This document shows, one piece after another, positions 10,780 to 21,234 of a DNA stretch of 64,000 nucleotides (position 1 is its first letter; each line of letters begins with the position of its first letter). Source of the stretch: Candidatus Moraniibacteriota bacterium. Lineage in GTDB: Bacteria > Patescibacteriota > Minisyncoccia > Moranbacterales > DUUL01. Location of the stretch: contig JBFHFF010000002.1 of the NCBI GenBank assembly GCA_041583775.1, positions 64,274 through 128,273 on the forward strand, given 5' to 3'. A program made the translations under genes and the position numbers. Below the pieces are notes generated by a model, which made no database searches, had not been told where the DNA came from, and saw only the letters and a list, made by a program, of their open reading frames with translations.

Positions 10780-11001
10780 ATGCGAGCTATAAACATCTTA
10801 TTTATTGCACTTATTTTCCTTTTTTCCGCAAAGAACGCAGATGCCTATTTAGATCCAGGAACTGGCAGTTTTATTTTTCAGATTGCAGTTGGTGCAATCT
10901 TAGGTGGCATTGTTGCTATCAAGGTAAAATTTAAACAAATAAAAGATTTCTCTTCCTCTCTGTTTAGGAAGAAAAATAAAGACATTTCTAAAGAAAATTA
11001 G
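10780..11001 (+). CDS. Small membrane/secreted protein, hypothetical
   Basis: Signal peptide plus TM. Directly precedes the methyltransferase gene. Confidence 0.35.
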   Translation: MRAINILFIALIFLFSAKNADAYLDPGTGSFIFQIAVGAILGGIVAIKVKFKQIKDFSSSLFRKKNKDISKEN

Positions 11002-11003
11002 TT

Positions 11004-12383
11004 ATGCTCAACAAAATTAAAGGCTCTTTTCGTGATCCAAGCGGATTTTTATTCTATAAAAAAGGGGTTTTGTATCGAAATATAGATAAGTCATACGAAG
11101 AAAACTACAAAAAACTCGTCTCTTCTGGTCTTTTGGCAGAGCTTTGGAATAAAGATCTTCTCATCAAACATCGAGAAGTTGAAACTCAAAAAAGTGATTT
11201 CTCATCTTTCAAGACAATCCAACCAGAAAAGCTCCCTTTCATTTCATATCCCTATGAATGGTGTTTTTCTGAACTCAAAGATGCTGCACTTTTGACCCTA
11301 GAGATACAAAAAATAGCCCTCTCTTATGGGATGAACCTGAAAGATGCAAGCGCTTTTAATGTGCAGTTTAAAAACGGAAAACCAATTTTCATTGACACAC
11401 TTTCTTTTGAAATACACAACAAAAACACTCCTTGGGTCGCATATAAACAATTTTGCCAGCATTTTCTCGCTCCCTTGGCATTGATGAAATATCAAGATTT
11501 GCGTTTAAATATTCTTTTCCGAACCTTTCTCGATGGCGTTCCCTTGGATCTTGCAAGTTCACTTTTGCCCAAAAAATCACTTTTAAACTTCTCTTTTTTG
11601 ACACATATCCATCTACATGCAAAAACGCAAAAACACTATGCAAACAAACCAGAAAGAGGTCAATTGAGAAAAAGTCCGAAGATGAACAAAGACGCTCTTC
11701 TAGCGTTAATTTCAAGCCTAGAAAGTGCCATTAAAAGGATTCTGATAAAAGAAATCGACACTGAATGGGGGAATTATTACAACTCAACAAACTATTCCGA
11801 ATCTTCTTTTCTGAAAAAAAGAGAAGTTATTGAAGAATTTCTTAGAAAATCAGGGAAAATTAAAAATGTTTGGGATTTAGGAGGAAATACTGGTGTTTTC
11901 AGTAGAATTGCTTCAAATAAAGATATTAAAACAATTTCCTTTGATATTGACCCTCTTGCAGTTGAGAAAAACTATCTTTTAACTAAAAAAAACCAAGAAT
12001 CAAACATTTTTCCTTTGGTTATGGATCTAACCAATCCAAGTCCCGGTCTTGGTTGGGCTCATTCAGAAAGATACTCCCTGCAAGCAAGAGCAAATTCCGA
12101 TTTAATTATGGCACTTGCAATTATCCATCACCTTTGTATTTCTAACAATCTTCCCTTTTTGAATATTGCTGAATATTTCAGTAAATTAGCAAAAAACTTA
12201 ATCATTGAGTTTGTTCCAAAATCAGATTCAAATGTAAAAAGATTGCTTGCAACCAGAGAAGATATTTTCAAAAAATATGACGAAAAACACTTTGAAGAAG
12301 CTTTTCTAAAGTTCTATCAAATCAAAGAAAAAAGGAAAATACAAGATTCTGAGAGAATTTTATACTTAATGGAAACCTTTTGA
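11004..12383 (+). CDS. Class I SAM-dependent methyltransferase with an N-terminal domain of unknown function
   Basis: Motif I VWDLGGNTGVFS and motif post-I FDIDP in the C-terminal half. The stop overlaps the next start (ATGA). Confidence 0.5.
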   Translation: MLNKIKGSFRDPSGFLFYKKGVLYRNIDKSYEENYKKLVSSGLLAELWNKDLLIKHREVETQKSDFSSFKTIQPEKLPFISYPYEWCFSELKDAALLTLEIQKIALSYGMNLKDASAFNVQFKNGKPIFIDTLSFEIHNKNTPWVAYKQFCQHFLAPLALMKYQDLRLNILFRTFLDGVPLDLASSLLPKKSLLNFSFLTHIHLHAKTQKHYANKPERGQLRKSPKMNKDALLALISSLESAIKRILIKEIDTEWGNYYNSTNYSESSFLKKREVIEEFLRKSGKIKNVWDLGGNTGVFSRIASNKDIKTISFDIDPLAVEKNYLLTKKNQESNIFPLVMDLTNPSPGLGWAHSERYSLQARANSDLIMALAIIHHLCISNNLPFLNIAEYFSKLAKNLIIEFVPKSDSNVKRLLATREDIFKKYDEKHFEEAFLKFYQIKEKRKIQDSERILYLMETF

Positions 12384-13951
12384 AAATAAACACGACAACA
12401 AAAAAGAAACGAAAAGTGGTTTTAATTTTACACCCTTATCTATTCGCCCTATTTTCTGTTTTATCATTATACAGCTATAACAAAGACCTGGTTAATCCCT
12501 CTTATGCTTTTTGGCCGACAATAATGGTCTTGTTTTTCGCTCTCTTTACACACCTTTTAGTGAAATATTTCGTTAAAGACAGAGATAAAGCAGCGCTATT
12601 AACTTCAATTTTTCTATTCACATTCCTATCCTTTGGACATTATGTCGAACTACCCTTTTTGCTTTTTCAAGAAATGCCTATAGAAAATTTAAATTATTAT
12701 ATAATACTAATAGGCTGGATTATTTTTCTTACGGTTACTGCTAATCAAATCATAAAAACAAAAAAACAATTTTCAAAAATCACTTTTTATCTAAATGCTG
12801 TTTCTGTCATTTTGGTTTTGATTTCCTTTTTTAATATTACTTTTTATGAAATTAAAACTAAAAATGTTACTGAGTTAATTGAAAAAAGCAACAATATTGG
12901 CCAATCAGCTTCCACTGAAAAACATCCTGATATTTATTATATCATTTTAGATGGCTTTGCTAGACAAGATATTCTAAAAGAAATATACCATGCCGATGAT
13001 AGTGTTTTCGTTTCCTCCCTGGAAAATCTTGGCTTTTTCGTTGCAAGTCAAAGTACTTCCAATTATCCCCAAACTTATCTGTCAGTTTCTTCAGCACTTA
13101 ATTTGAAATATCTTGATGATGTTGCATTAACTGTGGGTGAAGAATCTCAAGACCGTGGGCCTTTAAGAAAAATAATAAAAGACAATCAAGTTTATCAGAC
13201 ATTAAAAGAAAAGGGATATTCATTTGTATCTTTCCCATATACTTGGACTGGAACGGCCGACAATCAACACACTGATATCTATATGCAAGATCAAATTGGC
13301 TTTGGAGAATTTGGTGATTTATTCTTAAATCTCACACCTCTTTCAATTTTTCTTCAAAAAAATCTTCAATTTGAACAACATCGAAATAAAATCCTACATG
13401 TATTCGAAAAAATGCCAGATGTTGCAAAAATAGAGAAACCAACCTTTACTTATACTCATATCTTAGCACCACACCCACCTTTTGTCTTTAAATCAGACGG
13501 TGGTCCAACTGAGATGACTGGTAAAATGTATGGAAATGATGGAAGTCATTATTTCGAACTTCATCCAAATAAAGAGGAATACAGAAAATTATACGCAGAA
13601 CAACTCTCATTTATAGCAAAAAAAACTCTAGCAATGACGAAAGAAATCATTGAAAATTCCAAAGAAGAGCCTGTTATTATAATCCAATCAGACCATGGTC
13701 CAGGATCAATGTTAGAGTGGGAAGATGAAGAGAAAACAAATCTTCCAGAGCGCTTTTCAATCCTCAATGCCTATTACCTTCCAAGCGACAAAAATACAAA
13801 ACTTTATGAAACAATCACGCCAGTAAACTCCTTTCGTGTTGTCTTCAACAACATTTTTGACGCCAACTTAGAGCTCCTTCCTGATAGAAATTATTTTGCT
13901 CGTTGGAACACGCCTTACGCCCACATTGATATAACTGAAAAGTTGCAGTGA
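12380..13951 (+). CDS. Membrane-anchored sulfatase-family protein (LtaS / phosphoglycerol- or phosphoethanolamine-transferase-like)
   Basis: About 5 N-terminal TM helices. Alkaline-phosphatase-superfamily motifs YYIILDGF, IIIQSDHGPG. Confidence 0.6.
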   Translation: MKINTTTKKKRKVVLILHPYLFALFSVLSLYSYNKDLVNPSYAFWPTIMVLFFALFTHLLVKYFVKDRDKAALLTSIFLFTFLSFGHYVELPFLLFQEMPIENLNYYIILIGWIIFLTVTANQIIKTKKQFSKITFYLNAVSVILVLISFFNITFYEIKTKNVTELIEKSNNIGQSASTEKHPDIYYIILDGFARQDILKEIYHADDSVFVSSLENLGFFVASQSTSNYPQTYLSVSSALNLKYLDDVALTVGEESQDRGPLRKIIKDNQVYQTLKEKGYSFVSFPYTWTGTADNQHTDIYMQDQIGFGEFGDLFLNLTPLSIFLQKNLQFEQHRNKILHVFEKMPDVAKIEKPTFTYTHILAPHPPFVFKSDGGPTEMTGKMYGNDGSHYFELHPNKEEYRKLYAEQLSFIAKKTLAMTKEIIENSKEEPVIIIQSDHGPGSMLEWEDEEKTNLPERFSILNAYYLPSDKNTKLYETITPVNSFRVVFNNIFDANLELLPDRNYFARWNTPYAHIDITEKLQ

Positions 13952-13974
13952 TCTTTCTATGAGCAATTTTAAAA

Positions 13975-14015
13975 AAGAAAAGCGGTGATACTGCATCAGT
14001 ATTACCGCTTTTTTC
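13975..14015. terminator. Bidirectional terminator between convergent genes
   Basis: GCGGTGATACTG-cat-CAGTATTACCGC hairpin followed by T6; A-run on the 5' side. Confidence 0.6.
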
Positions 14016-14018
14016 AAC

Positions 14019-14645
14019 TCACATCGCGAGAAATCTTATTTCATCTTCAACCCTTTTTACAAAAGAATCTCTCTGTTCTGGTGGAAGATACGGGGCACCA
14101 ATTGAAATTTCCACTTTCCTTTCAAAAATTGGAGTTCTTTTGTTTGGTGGAAAAACTTCAAAAGCGCCCTTAATTCCAACTGGCAAAATAAATAAACCTG
14201 GAACACTTTTGGTAATCACTGTAAAACCAGGATTTATTTCATTTAATTCTCCTGTTCTCGTCCTGGTTCCTTCTGGGAAAATAACAACCGGTCCTTGACC
14301 TTCCCTTAAAATCTTGCTTGCTTTCTTAAGCGAAAGTTTGTCAGCACTCAATTGACCCATAGCCAAAAGAGCAAATCTCCATAAACGCTTATTGAAATAA
14401 TCATCTTTAATGAAAAAAACCAGATTTGGAGATTTTCTAAAAACAAAAATCAACAATAAAAAATCTAAATAGGACTGATGATTTGCTAAAATCAAAAAAT
14501 TACCACCTACTGGCACATTCTCTTGTCCATTCACCTTGCAAAGCCAGACAAAAGCAACTAACCTAGTAACTAAATTTTTTAAAAGCCAATAATAAATAAC
14601 CCCTAAGAAATTAAAGTTTTTTTTGATTTTTCCATTTTTCTGCAT
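14019..14645 (-). CDS. plsC: 1-acyl-sn-glycerol-3-phosphate acyltransferase (PlsC-family lysophospholipid acyltransferase)
   Basis: HX4D motif (ANHQSYLD) and FPEGTR motif. Confidence 0.75.
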   Translation of the reverse strand: MQKNGKIKKNFNFLGVIYYWLLKNLVTRLVAFVWLCKVNGQENVPVGGNFLILANHQSYLDFLLLIFVFRKSPNLVFFIKDDYFNKRLWRFALLAMGQLSADKLSLKKASKILREGQGPVVIFPEGTRTRTGELNEINPGFTVITKSVPGLFILPVGIKGAFEVFPPNKRTPIFERKVEISIGAPYLPPEQRDSFVKRVEDEIRFLAM

Positions 14646-14738
14646 ATTTGGCCTCCTTTGGGTGTTTTTTATTGCCCATGAGAAATATTTAAGGAACTGT
14701 TGAGGTTTTACTATACCTTAATTCCGAAAAAGAAACAA

Positions 14739-16637
14739 TCACTGAATATAATAAGGAAATCTGATTTGCCAAAAATCACGCTTTGGCAATGTGGGTTTTG
14801 TAACAGAATTAACATATTCCTCCTCAATGCCTTCAATTGGTGTGTATTCTATCCGTAAAGATCTCTCGAATCTCTTTTCGTTGAGTAAATATGTGTTTAT
14901 TTTTGGGGAATGAAAAGAAAGCTCTTTTTCGTTGCTTTTTTGCGCAAAAATAAAACTTTCTTGCGAACCAGAAACAAAACTATCAATGATTTGATTAACT
15001 ATCTCTTCCATTTCTTGTTCAGAAATCTGTTCTTTATTTTTTTCTAAAATATACTCCTTCGCTAAAAAACGAGCTTGTTTATTATCCTCTTCTAAATAGG
15101 AAATAAATGGTACTATTTTTTCAAAACCAGCTGATTTAACTGTATTTACATATTCTTTCCAAGGCGATTTTTTATCCTCAAGAATTCGCAATCCGTTTTC
15201 AGTTGATTCTATATGAGAAGCTATTCCCGGCGCATCAAAAACTAAAAAACCATCATCTTTAAGACGATTTTTAACAAAACTATAAAATTCCTTACTATAT
15301 AATCTTGAAATATTGTAATCAACTGCCAAGGGGAAATCCATGTAAATAGCATCAAATTGATCTTTTGAGTCTCTTACAAAGGAATATGCGTCAGCAACCT
15401 TCAAATCAACCCTTTTATTAGAAAGAGAATCTTTGTTCATTGCTAGAAAAAGGGGGTGTTCCTTGCCAAGTCGAATCATTTCTGGATCAATTTCAACTTG
15501 AACAATCTCTTTTATATCCTGATATTTCAAAAGTTCCCTAGTTAACATACCATCTCCTCCCCCAAGAACTAACACTTTTTCTGGAACTTTATCGGTAGCA
15601 AGAATTGGCACATGTGCAAAATATTCATGATATATTTCTTCCGTTCCTGAATTAAATTGCCAGTCACCATTAAGATAGAGCTCTTTTCCGATGGGAAAAT
15701 CTGGTTCAAAAACAAGTTTGTCAGTATAAGCATCCATAACGATATCAGCAGCGTTAAAAGTTTGCCCGTCAATAATATCAATTTTTTGATAAGCAGAGTT
15801 ATAAGTCTCAATTTTTGGAGCGTCTTTTAGTGGAAGAAAAATGTCTCTAAACCTATGAAGGGCTTGGGGGTAATAAAAATATTTTTCTGAAAAATATTTT
15901 TCAATATTATCAGCTTTTAATATACCAAAAAAGAAACTCCCCATTAACAATAACGCGATAATAAATCTGCTTTTATTTTTTTTCTCTTTTTCTAAAAATA
16001 TTTTCACTAGATATATTGCTGCAATTAAATTTATAATCGCAGTCAAAAAACCAACGGTAATTATGTTGAATACTGTAATGAAAAAAATTGGAAATAAAAT
16101 AGCACTAAACAAAGAAGCAAAATAATCAACAGCCAGTATTCTGTTCGTAACTATTTTTTTAGTTGAATATTTATTGGCAACATTCATTAACATTGGCAAT
16201 TCAAAGCCACTAAGAAAACCAATAATAACAACCACAAGTTGACTCCCAAGTAACATAAAAAATAAAGCTATTTTTTGATTACCATGTGACAAAAAATACA
16301 TATCAATGAGTTGAACAAAACGCATAGAACAAACAGCAAATGCTCCAAAAAAAGCTAGTGATATTTCCACCAAAAACAAATTCTTAATTGTATTTTCTTT
16401 TTCTATTTTTTCACTCAAAATTGAACCAACACCAAGTGATCCCAAAAAAAATCCCACTGTGATGCTATACCAAAAAATTGCATTTCCGGCAACAAGAGAA
16501 ATTGTTTGTGCTAAAAGAAGCTCATATAGCATACTACAAAAAGCAACTATAAAAGTTAATACATAAATCGCCTTTAACTTTTTTCTTTCAATCACTGCAA
16601 CTTCTTTTTTCTGTTTTTTCTCTTTTTGGTTTCTCAT
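14739..16637 (-). CDS. Spermidine-synthase-like aminopropyltransferase domain fused to an N-terminal polytopic membrane domain
   Basis: C-terminal VLVLGGGDGMLTREL...VEIDPEMI...DAIYMDFP (SpeE-type SAM-fold motifs). About 8 TM helices at the N-terminus. Confidence 0.6.
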   Translation of the reverse strand: MRNQKEKKQKKEVAVIERKKLKAIYVLTFIVAFCSMLYELLLAQTISLVAGNAIFWYSITVGFFLGSLGVGSILSEKIEKENTIKNLFLVEISLAFFGAFAVCSMRFVQLIDMYFLSHGNQKIALFFMLLGSQLVVVIIGFLSGFELPMLMNVANKYSTKKIVTNRILAVDYFASLFSAILFPIFFITVFNIITVGFLTAIINLIAAIYLVKIFLEKEKKNKSRFIIALLLMGSFFFGILKADNIEKYFSEKYFYYPQALHRFRDIFLPLKDAPKIETYNSAYQKIDIIDGQTFNAADIVMDAYTDKLVFEPDFPIGKELYLNGDWQFNSGTEEIYHEYFAHVPILATDKVPEKVLVLGGGDGMLTRELLKYQDIKEIVQVEIDPEMIRLGKEHPLFLAMNKDSLSNKRVDLKVADAYSFVRDSKDQFDAIYMDFPLAVDYNISRLYSKEFYSFVKNRLKDDGFLVFDAPGIASHIESTENGLRILEDKKSPWKEYVNTVKSAGFEKIVPFISYLEEDNKQARFLAKEYILEKNKEQISEQEMEEIVNQIIDSFVSGSQESFIFAQKSNEKELSFHSPKINTYLLNEKRFERSLRIEYTPIEGIEEEYVNSVTKPTLPKRDFWQIRFPYYIQ

Positions 16638-16647
16638 TTTAAAAGTT

Positions 16648-17358
16648 TTATTTCAAATAAATATTTATCATAATTTCATTTAAATTCTTTGAGAAAATAA
16701 ATGTTGCAATAAAGACAAAAAATAATGCAACTTGAAAATAAAACATTTTTTTTATATTTTTTTCAGCTTCTTTTTTAAAACCCCAATTCAAATAAAAAAT
16801 AATGCCCACAGCACAGTTTAAAAATCCAACGAAAAAAGTGGTTTGTAGTAGACCAAATTTTGGATAGAAAATAAAAGCAAAAATAAGTGAACCTGCAAAA
16901 GCACCCAGGTAATCAATTCCCAAAATATTTCCTTCATCCCTTTTTTTGTTTTTCTCTTCACTGGCAATTTCCATTAAAAGTGGAATTTCAAATCCTGTTA
17001 AAATTCCAATAAGTACGATCATTAAAAGTGCAAAAATTAAAAAAAGTGTACTGCTCCCCAAAATAAAATTGGCAAAAAATAATAAAATTGTCGAGAATCC
17101 ACCAATTATCATAAGCAGACTTTCCACAGCCATAAATGAGTATATTTGATTTTTCACAACTCTTCCTTCTGCAAACATGGCCCCTATTCCCATCGAAAAC
17201 ATATACAATCCAATTGTCACACTAAAGCGCAAAATTGTATTTCCCAAAAACAATGATAGGGCTTGACCAAGAGCCAACTCATAAGCAATACTGCAAAAAG
17301 CAACAATAAAAGTAAGAATGTATAATAATTTTAATTTATTCACTTTTTTCAATTTCAT
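16648..17358 (-). CDS. Polytopic membrane protein, stand-alone paralog of the membrane domain of the adjacent SpeE-like fusion
   Basis: LYILTFIVAFCSIAYELALGQ aligns with IYVLTFIVAFCSMLYELLLAQ of 14739-16637. Confidence 0.5.
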   Translation of the reverse strand: MKLKKVNKLKLLYILTFIVAFCSIAYELALGQALSLFLGNTILRFSVTIGLYMFSMGIGAMFAEGRVVKNQIYSFMAVESLLMIIGGFSTILLFFANFILGSSTLFLIFALLMIVLIGILTGFEIPLLMEIASEEKNKKRDEGNILGIDYLGAFAGSLIFAFIFYPKFGLLQTTFFVGFLNCAVGIIFYLNWGFKKEAEKNIKKMFYFQVALFFVFIATFIFSKNLNEIMINIYLK

Positions 17359-17983
17359 TTTTTATTTTTCCTCCTTTCTTTTTTCCAAAAAAATCTGCTA
17401 TTTTTTTGCAAGCAAAAAAACTAACAATAAAGGTTACCTCCCAAAACAAAAGAGAATTAACCAAAAAATATCTCAAATAACCTTCCATTGGATCAACAAC
17501 ATCACATGCATAAAAAACACAGTTAATGTTTTCCAATGAATCCGTGAAAAAGAACGAGGAAGATAGCAAGGCAAATCCATAGATTAAAATTGGTAACAAT
17601 GCGTTCCTTGCAAATCCAAGCTTCCAGACCCCATAAAAAGAAATTGGGATTACAATGGCATGCAAATTCACAGAAAGCCAAAAAACTGTCAGTCCATAAG
17701 AAAATAACATTGCGGTTCTACCAGCACCAACTCCAATTGCTTCCAAAAAGAAGTCTAGAATCCATCTGAACTGGGCTGGAATAGCCATAACCAAAGCTAA
17801 TGTTATCATCACTCGATTACGCAAAATAAGTCCTACTCCCAAAATAACAGCTGTCATATCACAAAACCATAAAATTTCAGTAGGATTGTGCCAACGCACA
17901 AAATTTACATATTGATTGGCAAACACGCTTCCAAGCACAAACAGACCCAAAAAGAAAAATCTATCGAATTCTACTTTTTTCAT
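17336..17983 (-). CDS. Polytopic membrane protein, hypothetical
   Basis: 6 or more hydrophobic helices. 23-nt overlap with the downstream gene suggests an operon. Confidence 0.45.
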   Translation of the reverse strand: MKKVEFDRFFFLGLFVLGSVFANQYVNFVRWHNPTEILWFCDMTAVILGVGLILRNRVMITLALVMAIPAQFRWILDFFLEAIGVGAGRTAMLFSYGLTVFWLSVNLHAIVIPISFYGVWKLGFARNALLPILIYGFALLSSSFFFTDSLENINCVFYACDVVDPMEGYLRYFLVNSLLFWEVTFIVSFFACKKIADFFGKKKGGKIKNEIEKSE

Positions 17984-18283
17984 CTTTTATTCTTAAAATA
18001 GTTTTTATTTCACCTGATGTCTTTTAGTATAGCAATCATCTGTTTTTGAGCAAGTTTCCAAAACTAATTTTTTTACTACTTATTGCCACAAAAATAGCCC
18101 TGGGAGCTCTATTTATAGATGCTGTATTGTTTTTATGCTATCGATACTGCACTTGCTTATTAAACTGTACAAATCCTCTTAGGGATTAAATTTGAGCATT
18201 TTAGCTTTATTTATTTTTTATTTCCTCATAATCAAAAAACACCTTTTTTTGATGTTTTTTGATTAGCCATTTTTAGTCTGTGA

Positions 18284-18748
18284 TTATTTCATTTTCAATT
18301 TCATCATTTTTCCTAGCTCTTCTTGTAATTTCTTGATATGCCCCTCTGTTTCCAGATTCAACTTCTCCAACACTTCCTTCACTGTTTTTTGATTAGGCGC
18401 AAAAATTTCAAAACTTTTTTTCTCTAGAAAAGATTGTTCCACCCTCAAAGCAACATTAAGAGCTTCAATATGAGAAATTTCCATATTTTTTGCTTCCTCA
18501 ACTGATTTTTTCACAAAATCAAAAATATTTCGAATTATTCCTTGATGAAATTTATTCTTCTCAAAAGAATTCTCACTTTTTTTATCAATTTTGGCAATCT
18601 CCTCAGCATGTCTGACTTCTTCTTTGGAAATTTTTTCCCAAAAAGTTTTCTTCTCGGGTATTTTTTCTGAATAAATTTTATACAATTCACTTATGTTCAA
18701 TTCATTTTGCTCAAATGCATCTAAAATGGACTTTGATTCAAAGTTCAT
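18284..18748 (-). CDS. Hypothetical protein, possibly ferritin-like/rubrerythrin-like four-helix bundle
   Basis: Two E-x-x-H segments (EEVRHAEE; ISHIEALNVALRVEQ). Weak. Confidence 0.3.
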   Translation of the reverse strand: MNFESKSILDAFEQNELNISELYKIYSEKIPEKKTFWEKISKEEVRHAEEIAKIDKKSENSFEKNKFHQGIIRNIFDFVKKSVEEAKNMEISHIEALNVALRVEQSFLEKKSFEIFAPNQKTVKEVLEKLNLETEGHIKKLQEELGKMMKLKMK

Positions 18749-18836
18749 AGCTTTGTTTTAATTGTTATTCCCTTGTTTAAATTCAACGCGTGGTGATTTT
18801 ACAAGAATTAATCTTTTTTATAAAAAGATAATTAAT

Positions 18837-20012
18837 TTATTCCAAGTCCACCCACCAATGTTTTTGTGGGATTTCCAAATTAGAGAAAAAACTTTCGCCG
18901 ATCATCGGTGAGGCTAGCATCAATTCTCTTCTACTAGCTTCCTCTGAGACCCTTTCTAGCGGCTCTTTCCAAGGATGTAAAGATAAATCAAATTTTGAAT
19001 TATGTATTGGCATTAAAATTTTTGCCTTCAAATCAATTGCTGTCTGAACAGTTTCCTCTGGAAACATATGCACATCTGGCCAATTTTTGTTATATGCGCC
19101 ACTTTCAATAAAAGCAATCTCAAAAGGCCCAAACTCCTCCCCAATTTTTTTAAACTCTTTAAAATAAGCACTATCGGCCCCAAGATAAATCCTCTTTTCA
19201 TTGTTTTGAATTATCCATCCTCCCCAAAGAGTCGCCATTCTATCATTCAACCCTCTTCCCGAGAAATGCCTTGTTGGAGTAAATACAAAACCCAATTCAC
19301 CAAAACTACTTTTTTCATACCAATCAAATTCAGTTATTTTATTTTCGGCCACTCCCCATTTTAAAAGATGCGCTCCAACACCTAGGGGAACATAAAACTT
19401 TTCCACTCTATCTTTAAGTTCAATTATGGACTTATAATCGAGATGATCATAATGATCATGAGAAATCAAAACTATATCAATTTTTGGTAAATCAGTTAAT
19501 TCATACTCTCGCTCATAAGGAAATCTTTTAGGACCAAGAAATTCGAATGGTGAAGATCTTTTGGAAAAAACAGGATCAACTATTATAGTTTTATCGCCTG
19601 ATTTAATTAACAAAATTGAATGTCCTAACCAAGTAACTAAAAAATCATCAATTTCTTCTTTTTGATATATTTCTTTATCCAAACTTAAGTTTGGCAAAGG
19701 CTCTTGAGGACTTCTTTTTAATTTGTCTGAAAAATAAAACTCTCTCAATAATTCAAAAAAATTTCTATCACTTCGCGACATAGACATATTGGTCTCAACT
19801 AAATTTTGAAATTTACCATCTTTAAAATTATTGGATTTCTGAAGCTCACGCAATTTTCCCTCATTATTTCTTGATCCAAAAGCGGGATTAAAGTAATAGA
19901 CCAGAAAACCAGCTGCTCCTATTGTTAAAAATATATATAATATCATATTTGCTACCTTTCTAGTTGTTTTTTTCTCTTTTTTTTCAGCAGAGCATTCTTT
20001 TTGCATTACCAT
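18837..20012 (-). CDS. Metallo-beta-lactamase-fold hydrolase (NAPE-PLD/Lactamase_B_2-like), membrane anchored
   Basis: N-terminal TM. HxHxDH motif ISHDHYDHLD. Confidence 0.65.
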   Translation of the reverse strand: MVMQKECSAEKKEKKTTRKVANMILYIFLTIGAAGFLVYYFNPAFGSRNNEGKLRELQKSNNFKDGKFQNLVETNMSMSRSDRNFFELLREFYFSDKLKRSPQEPLPNLSLDKEIYQKEEIDDFLVTWLGHSILLIKSGDKTIIVDPVFSKRSSPFEFLGPKRFPYEREYELTDLPKIDIVLISHDHYDHLDYKSIIELKDRVEKFYVPLGVGAHLLKWGVAENKITEFDWYEKSSFGELGFVFTPTRHFSGRGLNDRMATLWGGWIIQNNEKRIYLGADSAYFKEFKKIGEEFGPFEIAFIESGAYNKNWPDVHMFPEETVQTAIDLKAKILMPIHNSKFDLSLHPWKEPLERVSEEASRRELMLASPMIGESFFSNLEIPQKHWWVDLE

Positions 20013-20085
20013 ATAACTACATTGAATTATTTAATTCCGAACAATTTTTTCCTTAAAAAAATAACATTAAGAAATTTACAACAGA

Positions 20086-21234
20086 TTATTGCACTAACAG
20101 GTATTGTTTAAAGAAGGTAATGGATCTTTTCATAGCGATTGAAAAGTTTGGACCAGAAATATTATGGTCTCCTCCAGGATATTCATAAAGCTCAACTTTT
20201 TTACCATTTTCTAACAAAATTTCTTCAAAATGACGAGACAATTCCACTGGAACGCTCTTGTCATTAGTGCCATGATGAAGCTGGATAGGTGTGGAAATGT
20301 TTTGAATATAGGAATATGGGTCAAACTTAGACCAAAAAAGTGATTTTGGGCTTGGTTGACCATTTTTTGCAACAAGCTCTTCTGGTAAACTAACTCTTGG
20401 TTCTGAGTCCTTCAAATCCTCATCTGTCTTATTTAGCCAAGGTATTTTATCACGATGAGTTATTAATAAATCTTCATAACTACCAACGACTCCACCCCAG
20501 ATAACCGCTGCTTTGATGCCTTCAGAAACTTCCAGCGCCCTCAATGTTAGTCCACCACCGTTAGAATGCCCCCACATTCCAATTAAATTTGGATTAACAT
20601 CTTTATATGTCTTTAGAGCGGAAATTAGATTAAGAGTATCAACAACATACTCTTGTGAAAAATTAGAGTTAACGGCCTCCCCTTCAGAAAAACCATGCCC
20701 TCTTAAATCTGGCTTAAATGTGACAAACCCATTTTTTGCAAAACCATCTTGATATGCTACATATCTGTCAGTAGTTTTGTATGTTTTTGGATCAAGATAT
20801 CCATGTAAAAAAATAATTATCGGAAAACCATTCTCTGGCTTGTTGTCATTTGGAACAGTAAATAATCCATTTATTTTCAGTCCATCTGACTGATAAGAAG
20901 CGATGTAGCGCTGATAGTTTATTCCCTGACTTAAAGTTTCTTCAATTTTAATTTCACTGGCTAGATAATCCCGCTCCATTAAAGATTCAATGTAAAGACC
21001 TGCATTTGGGTCAAAATTTTGAGTTTTTTCCTGGATTTGAATAGAGGTAATTTCTGTTTGTTGCGGATAATTCACTGGGGCAAAAACATTCTTTATCTGT
21101 TTTTTTGGTTGAAATAAAAAATAAGCAATTATCAGAACTGGGATTATTAATAATATGCTAAGTTTAAGTTTCATATCTGCATAATTTATCCAAATTAACA
21201 CTTCAAATACTACCCCAAAAATTAGGTGCCCCAC
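20086..21234 (-). CDS. Alpha/beta hydrolase (S9 / dienelactone-hydrolase-like esterase/peptidase), membrane anchored
   Basis: Nucleophile elbow GMWGHSNGGG. HHGTNDKSVP near the C-terminus. Confidence 0.6.
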   Translation of the reverse strand: MGHLIFGVVFEVLIWINYADMKLKLSILLIIPVLIIAYFLFQPKKQIKNVFAPVNYPQQTEITSIQIQEKTQNFDPNAGLYIESLMERDYLASEIKIEETLSQGINYQRYIASYQSDGLKINGLFTVPNDNKPENGFPIIIFLHGYLDPKTYKTTDRYVAYQDGFAKNGFVTFKPDLRGHGFSEGEAVNSNFSQEYVVDTLNLISALKTYKDVNPNLIGMWGHSNGGGLTLRALEVSEGIKAAVIWGGVVGSYEDLLITHRDKIPWLNKTDEDLKDSEPRVSLPEELVAKNGQPSPKSLFWSKFDPYSYIQNISTPIQLHHGTNDKSVPVELSRHFEEILLENGKKVELYEYPGGDHNISGPNFSIAMKRSITFFKQYLLVQ

